The position numbers and the translations under genes were made by a program. The notes under the pieces are model-generated. The model was not told the origin of the DNA and ran no database searches. It saw only the letters and a program-made list of their open reading frames with translations. A stretch of DNA of 54,121 bases, the filler included, from Asterionella formosa (lineage: Eukaryota): the NCBI GenBank assembly GCA_002256025.1. It is 4 parts of 4 records of this genome, joined end to end, with 100 filler letters (N's around TTAATTAATTAA, not from the genome) between each part and the next. Parts side by side here need not be neighbours in the genome. Positions count along the whole stretch, not along the records: positions 1 to 13,469 come from NKIB01006657.1; positions 13,570 to 27,021 come from NKIB01006670.1; 2 more parts are not named here. One strand, written 5' to 3'. How positions within the stretch are numbered: the stretch's first letter is position 1; the number at the start of each line of letters is the position of its first letter. This document shows, piece after piece, positions 11,261-21,527 of this stretch.

Positions 11261-12149
11261 CTAATGGTCCAGCTTCATTCTCTTTAATGCATCCAAAAGT
11301 CCACCAGCATTGTCTCGTCTCTTGAAAATTTTTGTAAGCTTTGTTGTGCGCTTTCCGTCAGTTTGAACTAACTGGCCTGTGAAGTCGAATTCACCCTTCT
11401 GAGTGGGCTTGTTATCAAAGATAGAATGGGCCATGGGCGAATCATACTTCCTGTCAATATCTCCAATACGGAAAAATGCATGCTTGACCTTTACTTCTTT
11501 GGTTGCGGCAACTGTTTCATCTGTTTGTTCTGCTTCTTGCAAGGATTGCCCAATAAACGAGTCCATAATTGCCCTATCTTCGTCAGTTAGTCCCTTCAAG
11601 TTTGCCTTGACAAATTTTTCGTCTACTTCAAAAGAACCCTTTCCCAGAATCTTGTCCAGTGCGGCAATCACTCTAGTCCCCCCACGCTGTCGATAAGCAC
11701 AAGCAAAAAGTTAGCTCGATTTCTAAAAACTTCCATTCCGTCTACATGATGTAGCACCATGGTGTTGCATAGCATAGAAAGGGTGCACTTACCAATCGCA
11801 ACACAAGATGCAACGTAGCATCATCACCGACATTGTAGTCATCGAGAGTCTTGCCATCCTGTAGTTGCTGTCCACCAAAGATCAATCGTTGCTGTTCTGC
11901 AGGAATTCCTTCCTTTTCAGCAATCTTGGCCTTGACATCTTCAATTGACTCACCCTCTTCGACTTCGACAGATACGGTCTTTCCTGTCAATGTCTTGACA
12001 AATAGCTGCATGCCACCACGGACGGAAAAAATCGACTTGAGAGCTGATGGACTGACATGCGAGGGTTTGGTAACAAGAAAAGGAGATCTTCCATCGGCGA
12101 CGCCGGCAAGTGCTAACAAAAAGGTGAGGAAAGTAACGGAAAGCTTCAT
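11261..12149 (-). CDS. Periplastid (SELMA-type) ubiquitin precursor: signal peptide, transit-like peptide, ubiquitin and C-terminal extension; exons 12149-11793 and 11686-11261
   Basis: [24 protein letters not shown]...[16 protein letters not shown]...LHLVLRL. A GTAAG...CTAAC...CAG phase-0 intron (11792-11687) restores LRLRGG and joins the 11261-11671 ORF. K48 is Q and K63 is D. Confidence 0.85.
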
Positions 12150-12492
12150 TGTCACTAGTTTCTCTTTCTGCGCTTCTATTCAATTTAGCACTAGATCCTT
12201 TGCTGGGCAATTCTTGACTGCTTGACGAGCAATGTAAGAGTGATTGTCGTCGTTCCGTTTCTTCTTTCGTATTAGTATAAGTCTGTGAAATTGAAGAAGC
12301 GAGCGAGTGCAAAGCATACTATGCATACACAAGGGAACCTGGTACCTGGTACCTGGTACCAGGCACGTGGATACAATGTGGTAAAACGGTTCAACGTAGA
12401 TAGGTTGCATTGTATTCCACGTGTTGACTCAGTCCCGAGGAGTCGTGACTAATCAATGTCCGGAATGATACATGATACCAGGTGGTACATAA

Positions 12493-12586
12493 CTGCAAGT
12501 TGCGGTCATTTTGCTTAAACAAACATTTTAATCTAGGATAAAGATAGCTAAATCTTTAGTTTCAGCAAAATTACCGCAGCTTGCTG
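12493..12586 (+). mobile_element. ~94-bp MITE, copy 1 (23-bp imperfect TIRs CTGCAAGTTGCGGTCATTTTGCT)
   Basis: Ends are inverted repeats of each other. Similar copies at 12657-12751 (inverted) and 35201-35294. Confidence 0.75.
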
Positions 12587-12656
12587 GTGGTACCAGGTAC
12601 CAGGTAACACCAGTACTCTACATACAGCCTGGCAGTACGATAGACTACTGGTACTC

Positions 12657-12751
12657 CAGCAAGTTGCGTTATGTAATTGTGCTGAAAGTTAAATGCTTAT
12701 CTTTATCCGATATGAACTTGTTTATTTAAGCAAAATGACCGCAACTTGCAG
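12657..12751 (-). mobile_element. ~94-bp MITE, copy 2 (inverted relative to copy 1)
   Basis: Reverse complement aligns with copy 1. Carries a 4-nt TA-anchored insertion at 12670-12675. Confidence 0.7.
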
Positions 12752-13469
12752 CAACTGGCACTCCGAGGACGATAGTATCCCTGGTTACCTGTACTCAGTA
12801 CCAGTGACCTAGAGTCCGGCTGGTTGCAACAACCAGGTACTACCGGGTACACCAGCTAGCATATGGGAACAGAGTGATTACCAGTACCTGATACCCTGGT
12901 GGATACCGTATAGTACCTAAGAAAAAGTGCCATACCAGGGGTAACCTGGTACCAGTACTAAGTGTGAGGTACCGCCTGATATTTACAAAGTAACAGGTAC
13001 TGGTACCTGGTACTCCCTCTGTCCGGAAATACCATAGTTCCATCAATTCGCCGGCACCACCAGTGTCTTTACTGTTCGCATATGAAGGATTACATAGCAA
13101 ATATACCATAATTCTGCGTGAGGATTGGCTTACTCGAAAAAATGCGTTTTAATGAATTGCATATGGCTGGATGCACCCAAAAAGTAAACGAATTAACTTC
13201 GACACAATTACCGTCTCGTCCGTTTCGTCTTTCTCCATATGTAGTCTGTGTAGTACTAACTTTGTGGGTACTTAGCTGCAATATATAAATCGACCCATCA
13301 AATACTAGAATAGCGAGCCAGAAATACTAAGTAGAAGTAGCATAAATGGTTTTTGAATTCGGTGCTAAGTAAACGTGTCCCTTTCCCAGAATCCGGGTTC
13401 AAAATGCGGATCCAATCTCCGGGTTCAGCGGCAGTCGAGTTGCGCTTTTGCCGTGGGAGGGACGTAGGG

Positions 13470-13569
13470 NNNNNNNNNNNNNNNNNNNNNNNNNNNNNNN
13501 NNNNNNNNNNNNNTTAATTAATTAANNNNNNNNNNNNNNNNNNNNNNNNNNNNNNNNNNNNNNNNNNNN
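13470..13569. other. Artificial scaffold linker N44-TTAATTAATTAA-N44
   Basis: Identical 100-nt linker also at 27022-27121 and 40573-40672; contains stops in all six frames. Confidence 0.98.
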
Positions 13570-14537
13570 AAACTTCCCCAGGTAAGCACACCATTGTTTC
13601 CAGTTTCATATGCCAAAGTGCCCATTGTAAACTGACTATCATAATGCTCACTCACACCTTCATTGTTGTCATCTTCTTCCTCCTCGACAATTTCATATGA
13701 ATTATGAATGAGATTGCTGGGAAATAACAAGGCAAAGCTGCCATCAGCATTCAAGAGTTGAGTTTTAGTAGGACCACAATGATCAGGTGTCAATGTAGAC
13801 ACCATGGTTGCAGTTGATGGTTGAAAGAGGGACGAACCAGAAGTAGTATACATACTAGTAGTACTAGACTTAACTTCTAGTTTAGCACTTTGTTTTAGTT
13901 CATTCTTCACTTGGTTAACAGATATCCAAGGGAAAATGCATTGCTTAGCTGATACTGTCCTAGAAATAGCACCATAAGGCATTTTTCCACCATTGTTAGC
14001 CTTCTTAGCTTCTAGCTCCCTAATCACATTGTTAAGACAAATCTGAACACTGACCAACTCTTCAGGAGAGTCATGGTGTTGGTGTTGTGATGGGTGATGG
14101 GTGATTGTTGTGTGTTTGCATTTAATTTTTGTACTCATAATTCGGGCGCACCAGGAATTCCTATTTGGCGTTTTCCATTAATGAAATTATCTCTTTATTA
14201 TGGCGCACGAGCGAAAGCGCAATGCCGTCGTTGAATATTCTCATACCTGAATACGTATATAAAAGGTGATGCTTGCTCAATCGAGTGAACGTGAAAATAT
14301 CCAATTTTCGCAATTTCACGTCGACAGCAACCTTTGGACGATAATACCTAATTAACAATGTACACAATGCAACAATACAAGTACGAAAGTATTTACTCGC
14401 TATATAAATCTGAACAACTCGTTCGTGACAATAAATAGCGTATCTTGTAAACTAAGTTCAAACCGTGCGTTTACTCCGTTTAGCGGTGGCTTACAGTTCA
14501 AAAGTCGCCGTAGCGGTGGCTTACAGTTTTTAAGTGG
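13570..14537 (-). mobile_element. One end of a TA-flanked DNA transposon with an N-terminal transposase-like ORF (14138 to scaffold end)
   Basis: Minus-strand terminus TA|CCACTTAAAAACTGTAAGCC with a duplicated subterminal TAGCGGTGGCTTACAGTT. The same ~150-bp end recurs at 16339-16496. ORF segment MPYGAISRTV..IFPWISVNQVKN looks like an HTH of Tc1/pogo-type elements (inference). Confidence 0.5.
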
Positions 14538-16338
14538 TACCTTTGTTACTCACAACCCAGTGGTAAAATGCATACTCTACCAGTGAAAGAAAAGGCACAC
14601 CAAAAGAAACGAGATCATTGTCATATTGTCATGAATTTGTTATTGATGAGAATTCCAAATGGATCAACCCAAGTGTTGGCCAACACCATCTAGAATCAAG
14701 CAACAATGGCTATTGTGTATGTAGCCTATTAGTATTAGGCATACCCTAAATGTTGCTACAAATGTGTATAGTGTGTATGCTGCAACATGTTATGATTCAT
14801 AGAGTTTCCTACCAGGTAAGCCACTGTTATTTTACTCCATCGTCCGATTGAAAATATTGAAGTACCTGGTAATATAACAATCAAAACCTACTAAGTGTAT
14901 GTTAGAAGATGCACTCTAATTGACAAATATAAGCAATCAGTTTTGATTCAGTGTATTGAGCCATGAAGATTCTTGTTGCAGGGCGAGGGCATCCAGTGCA
15001 TATTTTTCTATCCATACATGAATATATTTCCCCAAACCATGATTATTTTCACTCCATTTATATTTCAAATTTTCTTTTCTTTTCACTTTACCTGTTATCA
15101 GCATGCTTAATACAGTATGCGTTTTACACTGCTTGCATCACCACAAAATTCTTCTGACACATATTGTAGTACTATTCAAAAGCACAATGATGTTGTACCC
15201 ACATTTAATGAAACTAAATTGATTCTATCAAAAGAATATTACTATTCTTGTCCATAACACAAATGTAAACAGAAGAAACTAAGCTAGTACTCGCACTGGT
15301 AAAACCATCTCTCACCATAGAAGGCGATGTATATTAACAGCTACACTATGATTGAATCAGGCCGTTTCAGCACCACCACTGCATCTACACAATATACAAC
15401 ACGCTACAAGCAGATGAAAGAGCTACAAGATTGACTAGAAACTCATGGTGATGGAGCAGAATGACCGAAATCCACCCAACTGCATCACTCATTAAATTGA
15501 ACAAGACTTTGGAGATGTCCATAAATCTACGTCAGATTCAACCAGACCGTTTCCATCCAACCACCGTACCTACATAGTACATAATGAACAACAAACAGAT
15601 GAAAGAGAAACAGTGGCCACGGCCACCAAAGAAGTGGGGATACAAAGAAACTCCTTAACCCAATTAAAATTCACAATCCAATTTTCAGGCTGAATTGAAC
15701 AGTGCAGTCAATGAGAATCAATCCATAATCAATTATACCACAAAAACGTTTTACCCCTACTCCTGTATGAGGAAGTGACTACCCACCCAAAATCTGACCA
15801 CCCACCTTTGTATGGGACATATAAAACAATGAAGACAACCCTAGAAAAAGACTAGTAAGAATGTGTCAATTAAAATGATTACTATGAATAAATTTATAGG
15901 GAATGATTTAGTGGTTTAGCACATTGCTTTTGATCTCCTGAGGTTGTGTGGTAATTCCATTCCCGCAATTTTTTCAAGAAGCAATTGTTGGATTCGACTA
16001 CCACACTCCTTACTGTCCCGCACTGTCCTGCTTGGTGTGCAAGAAATAGTGGGTTGCCTCCCTACGTCAAGCAGCTTGTGCCGCCTTGTTCCTAGGCGGT
16101 CGGAGTTTCCCCTAGTAGCGCTGCGGCTAAGATGATCATCCTTCGCAAATGGTGGTTGGGGACTCACCTAGTAAACTAGCAAAACCAAGGAAGCACAGGT
16201 CTTGTTGGCAGGTAGTGGAAAAACTTGCCTATAGAAATAGGGGACTGCGAATGGGCTATAAAACATCCTAAATTTTATTCTTGTCCATATGCACGAATAG
16301 AAAAGGCGATTCCAGCTCAATAGAGTGCCATAATGAGT

Positions 16339-16496
16339 AATTAACAACTTGCACAATGCAACAATACAAGTATGTAAGTAATTACTTGCTATATAAATCT
16401 GAACAACTAGTTCATGACAATAATGAACAAATCATGCAAACTAAGTTGAAACCATGTGTTTACTCCTTTTGGTAGTGGCTTACAATTTTTAATTGG
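16339..16496 (-). mobile_element. Second copy of the same transposon end, overlapping the sulfotransferase stop codon
   Basis: Direct similarity to 14350-14537 (CACAATGCAACAATACAAGTA...GCTATATAAATCTGAACAACT...GTGGCTTACA.TTTTTAA.TGG|TA). Confidence 0.7.
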
Positions 16497-18219
16497 TACT
16501 ACTTATGAAGTCGTAGCCAAACTCTCGAAAATCATTGGCATAGGCCATTTCAATCAACTGAATCACAGCTGGGGATAAATCCTGGACACCTAGATTCTTG
16601 ATGGACTTGCGTACATGGTTGCTTGATTTCGGTGGCAATGTTAGATTTAAGTTGTACATTGCCATCAACTCGTCAAAGTCCTTATTCAACTGTTCAAACT
16701 TGAGTACATGATGAATCATCTTTTTCTCGCCTTCATAAACATAGTCATATTGAGGAATATAATGACCAGCTGCACTCAAGTACCGTGGGGAACCTGTCAC
16801 ATTCATACGAATGTCTCCTTTTGTAGCATTGGATAGATAACTCTTGATATGTTTACTAATCCAAGCGTTTAGGTCTGAAGCAGTTACATTCATCGTTTTA
16901 GTCGTGTTTGTTGTTCTGGTGCTACTTGTCACGTATTGCCAGACGTAGAAAAACTCTGAAATGATTCGATCGTATGGATTTCTCACAACACAAAATAATT
17001 TGGCATTTTGGTAGGGATTGTTAGGGAAGATTGGTAATTCAAAGTATTGAGGTGGCAAATGCCAATGAGGGCATGTATGAATGGGTATGCCATACAATAG
17101 TGTCCATGGTCCCACACCAGGACAAAGCGTATTATTTTCAGATATTTCAGCAGCAGTCCTTGGTGGTGAAAAATGACAAATGGACCATCGAATGCCAGCC
17201 TTGGCGGCAACGGATTCAATAATGGTACCTCCAGTTTTCGGGATGTGAACAAACTCGAGTCGGGGAGGATGCGTCTCATTGAGAGATGGAGGTTCTTCAT
17301 TTCTGGTTGGACTCAACATCGGATAGGCAAAGGCTGTAAAGTCTTTTGCATAAAGTTCCTCAATGATATGGAGTGTCGTAATATCTAGATCATCCTTGGT
17401 AAACCATGTATTGTTCCGAACCGTATTGATTTCAGGCAATTCAATCTCATGTAACCCATAATTACTCATGAGCATGGGAAACGTTTCACTCAAATTTTCC
17501 ACTTTTAAGGTATAATTGACAACCTGTTCGCCGTTATTGAATACATAGTCCACTTGAGGCACAAGCAATCCTTCCTTTGACCAAAATTCTGACGAGTTTT
17601 GCTCCATCTTGCTCCTTTTGCTCAACTCAATCTGTAGCCAGTGATTCATGTGTTCTTTCGTCAGTTCCTCCCCTTCGTTTAGACGTAACAATAGTTTGCC
17701 GAGTACTTGATAGACTTGAATCATGCGATCATAGGGATTCATGACAACCACAAAGGTATCAGCATTGTAATATGGATTATGAATTGGGTCATTCTGAAAA
17801 TAATGAGGCGGCCACTTCCAAGTTGGAATTTTCATGACTTTTGTGTTATTTGTCTTGTTCCCGTCATGGCCTTGTCCACCGTATGTGATGTTTTTGTACA
17901 TTCCCCATTGAATCCCAGTTTTTCTTGCTGCTGCTTCAATTAACATATGTGAAATAGTAGCACTAGGAATATGTATAAATTCAAGCCGTCTTCGCTCATC
18001 GCCATCTCCGCTACTACTATTTCTATCAGTATTGTTATTATTCGGTGTCAGTGTCCACTTACTCTGTATTTGTGGTTCTAATTCTGATACTGTTTCTGGC
18101 TGGCTGAATAGTTCTTGTTGCTCATCACCCATTAGGAGTGATGACATTCGGGACATGCGGTAAACAAACATTAGTACGACGACAACAATGGTTTTGCTGT
18201 TGCATATAAATCTCTTCAT
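16489..18219 (-). CDS. Type II membrane sulfotransferase (Sulfotransfer_2-like) with two tandem domains, the first degenerate
   Basis: Domain 2 has LEFVHIPKTGGT and VVRNPYDRIIS (5'- and 3'-PAPS motifs). Domain 1 has LEFIHIPSATIS and VVMNPYDR. N-terminal TM IVVVVLMFVY and many N-x-S/T sites. Confidence 0.9.
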   Translation of the reverse strand: MKRFICNSKTIVVVVLMFVYRMSRMSSLLMGDEQQELFSQPETVSELEPQIQSKWTLTPNNNNTDRNSSSGDGDERRRLEFIHIPSATISHMLIEAAARKTGIQWGMYKNITYGGQGHDGNKTNNTKVMKIPTWKWPPHYFQNDPIHNPYYNADTFVVVMNPYDRMIQVYQVLGKLLLRLNEGEELTKEHMNHWLQIELSKRSKMEQNSSEFWSKEGLLVPQVDYVFNNGEQVVNYTLKVENLSETFPMLMSNYGLHEIELPEINTVRNNTWFTKDDLDITTLHIIEELYAKDFTAFAYPMLSPTRNEEPPSLNETHPPRLEFVHIPKTGGTIIESVAAKAGIRWSICHFSPPRTAAEISENNTLCPGVGPWTLLYGIPIHTCPHWHLPPQYFELPIFPNNPYQNAKLFCVVRNPYDRIISEFFYVWQYVTSSTRTTNTTKTMNVTASDLNAWISKHIKSYLSNATKGDIRMNVTGSPRYLSAAGHYIPQYDYVYEGEKKMIHHVLKFEQLNKDFDELMAMYNLNLTLPPKSSNHVRKSIKNLGVQDLSPAVIQLIEMAYANDFREFGYDFISSTN

Positions 18220-18611
18220 CTTGCCACTGGAGAATAAATAGTATAGTAGTACCGGTGGTTCCAAGTTGTAACAATACTAAAACCTCAAATCAGAATCTCT
18301 CCTTCCGAGATTTGCTTTACTGCATAAAATACCGATTACCTAATATGATCATTGCTGCTTTTTGTTCATCGTCTTCCTCTATCAATATATAAACGAACAA
18401 AAATCACAATGAGTACAAGAAATGTGGAAGGAAATGAGTAGATAGCCGAGCCCATGAGCAATGTCCATTTGCGTACCCGCACGTGCTACGACAAGCCAAG
18501 CACGATGGAAACAGTGGACACTACCCGGAGAGCTCGAAGAAAAGGCGATGCAAGACGATGTAGTTGCCTGTCGAGTACACCCCCACGGAGGTGGTGCAGA
18601 CTCAGCAGATA

Positions 18612-19333
18612 TGTTAAAAAGGTCTGTACTCCTTCCCGCGGCCTGGGTCTCTCTCGTCACGTAGGCTCTCACGTGCTCGTAGTACTACCTAGTACCACTT
18701 ACTTTCTCGCTGCTCTCCTGCTTCTAGCCTTCCTGCTGGATAAACTAATTGACCTTCCTGTCAACTAACTCACTGTTTCCTTAATTGATAATCTAAACTC
18801 AAATTAAATTATAAGCTAAACTAATTGTTTCCTTTCCATGCATCTTTGCTTCCCACAAAGTCGTTCTAAGACTCCCTCCCTCAAATTTCCACTTAACATT
18901 TCCATAGAAATCTTCAATCTTTGATCTCATTTGATAGCCAATTGACGTGGCAATGCAAGATTCGACTCGTTGGATTACAATCGCGTCCACAATCTTTGTG
19001 ACTTGAGCTAATATTCTTGACATCCTTGCCATTGCTGCCGTGCTCAACAAGAGGCTGTAACATTGTTCCACTCTGAATTGGTTTGGACAATCTTGTGTGA
19101 ATCTGGTGTTCCTTCATGTTCTTAGCCATTATGTCTGCAAAGTTATCTTTCGACCTTATAAAAATGACCTCCAATTCTTCATCCTCAATTATGTCCTTTA
19201 CATGATGATACTTAGCTAATATCAATGTGTTTTGTCCTGGTTCCGATTTGCTGATTCTTCTTGATAAAAATAGCTCCCCTATTGTCTTCTTGTAGGATAC
19301 TAGTAGTACTTGGTAAAATGACCTTACCACCAG
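18612..19333 (-). mobile_element. Second, more decayed copy of the copia 3' end (RNase H tail and LTR 18612-19022)
   Basis: Reverse complement aligns with about 797-1491. Several frameshifts and a mutated PPT. Confidence 0.9.
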
Positions 19334-20439
19334 GACGGAAGGGTGAAACAAAAAGAAGCGCGGATGTTGGACAAGGTGTTGAGCAGAATGTTTTTAATAA
19401 TATACATGATGGAGAAAAGAAGAGAGAGAGAGAATGAGGAAAGAAGAAAAGGATGGACGCCAAGGATGTTGAGCGACTTGACGAGCGACACATGAAGTGG
19501 ATCCCATCAGAATTGAGAAGCTGTTCAAATGAGTAATTTAAAACACACATCTGTGTCCTTGATTCTGGGATAACTTTCTGCAAGGCCATATATGTCTATG
19601 ATCTGACATCCTACTAGTAGTGAACTACAATACAATGAAGCAAACAAGAGGCAAGCAACAAAAATAACTATCATGAACGAAAACAACAGATAAAGTTTAT
19701 ATAATACCTTTTGCGGGTAAGTGAGTGGTGGGCAACAAAAGACAATCAATAATAGTAATCCCTAGTAAGTAGATCTTCAGGTTGGTGCAACCAGCTAGTA
19801 TTGTTGTTATCATCTTCCTTTTTGATGAGAACTGGTGGAAGTGTCTAAGTAATTTGTGGTGTCTTTAAGTATTTTTAGGAGCAATATAAGGGCACAGTAG
19901 ATTTTTCGGCGCATCAATTTTAGGTTTGAGCAGGGACCATCAAGCAATGTAAGGAGTATGACTGGGTGCATCCTGAAGCCACCATAGCTCCCAATTCAAC
20001 TTAATTTTAGCTTAAGTAAAATTTTGTAAATAAATAACATACATATTAATAAATTGTATGTATTCATTTAAATAATTTTTCATCTGATCTCGTTGTTGTC
20101 ATGGTTGTGTTCATTCATGATGAACCTGATATCGAAGTCCATTTCACAGCAATGATTGTGAAATCGTTGTAGTAGCTTAATTATAACCGCTATAGGACCG
20201 TTATTAAGGCTATCCTGTACAGTTTCAACTCCAGATTGCCCATTGTCAAGCTCAAGAGCTTCTGCACGTGAATTGGTTGGTCATGTAGGGGCGGATTTGC
20301 CTTGCATTTGCCTTGCTAAACACTACATTGATCATATTGTAGATCAAACCAACGGAAAACAAAATGATTATGACGCTGGATATGTTGGGGGCAGGGGGGG
20401 GGGGGGGGGGGGAAAAATTTNNNNNNNNNNCCCCCCACC

Positions 20440-20480
<41 letters not shown>

Positions 20481-20494
20481 ACCCCCCCCCCCCC

Positions 20495-20530
<36 letters not shown>

Positions 20531-20968
20531 CGGAATAAAATTTCATAGTATGTCAATTCTCCACATCTAATCGCACTTGGGCCTTCGAGAAACGATTGAT
20601 ACTACTTTTCCATATTACTCCAGTGTTGTGATTCAACAAGTATTTGCATATTCTAGGGATGTAGTTCATTAACAATGAATTTGACAACAATGGCAGTCAT
20701 GATTTCAAGATGCCATGAAGTCCATGAAGTCCTTTTATCAACTCTTTTATGATTGTCAATTAATGGATTGTCTTTCAATTCAAAGGAATCATCTTCATTC
20801 CTTTAAATACATATTCAGAGAGAGGGGGGGGGGGGGGGAATGAGGAAAAAAAAAAAAAAAAAAAAAAAAAATTAAAAAAAAAAAAAAAANNNNNNNNNCC
20901 CCCCCTCCCCCCCCCCCCCCCCCCCCTCCCCCCCTCCCCCCCCCCCCCCCCCCCCCCCCTCCCCCCCC

Positions 20969-21006
<38 letters not shown>

Positions 21007-21527
21007 GTGGAAATACATTTCACAATACAGCTAATGTGATAACTTGCAGTGGTAGTGGAAAACAAAAAGCCAAGTCAAATACTTCAAGCAGAGGAATAGG
21101 CAGGACATCCTTTCTGTCTAACAAAACACAGGTTCAATATCATATGGAAGATAATTGAAATTTTCTTAATGACGTCATTATTTGTTGGTGTGTTTCATCA
21201 TTTCTCATCACTCATTCTTGTAACAGCTATAGATGCCTTCATTGAAAGATTTCAACTGTTTTAGATCTTTCCTGGATAACTTACCTGCCATTTTGGAATT
21301 GGTGCTCCATTACCAAATCATTTTTTGTGAATCATCTTCTCAGCAGGAGAATAAGATGCGGGATTGTTGTAATAGTATCGCAAAAATCACAATACCTAGT
21401 AGCAATGACAGGATAGCACATTCTTACAAATTATTGCTAAAAACGATTCCGCAGTAAAGGTTGCTTAAGATGTCGAGTGCGGGCCAAATTTGATCGGATT
21501 TTTGGTTAACTTGCAAGACCCATGCAT

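Noticed and set aside
11261..11671. Independent 136-aa gene
   Set aside because: It begins at GTG and is in frame with the ubiquitin exon through a canonical intron.
13514..13525. TTAATTAATTAA palindrome repeated three times
   Set aside because: Synthetic six-frame stop linker centred in N runs.
1086..19022. Inverted copia LTR copies apparently bracketing 17 kb of genes as a composite element
   Set aside because: The copies are on different scaffolds separated by an artificial linker, and both are 3' LTRs.
20395..21004. Poly-G, poly-C and poly-A runs giving poly-Pro/Gly ORFs or G-quadruplexes
   Set aside because: They flank short N gaps on both sides and look like low-quality read-end or gap-fill artefacts.
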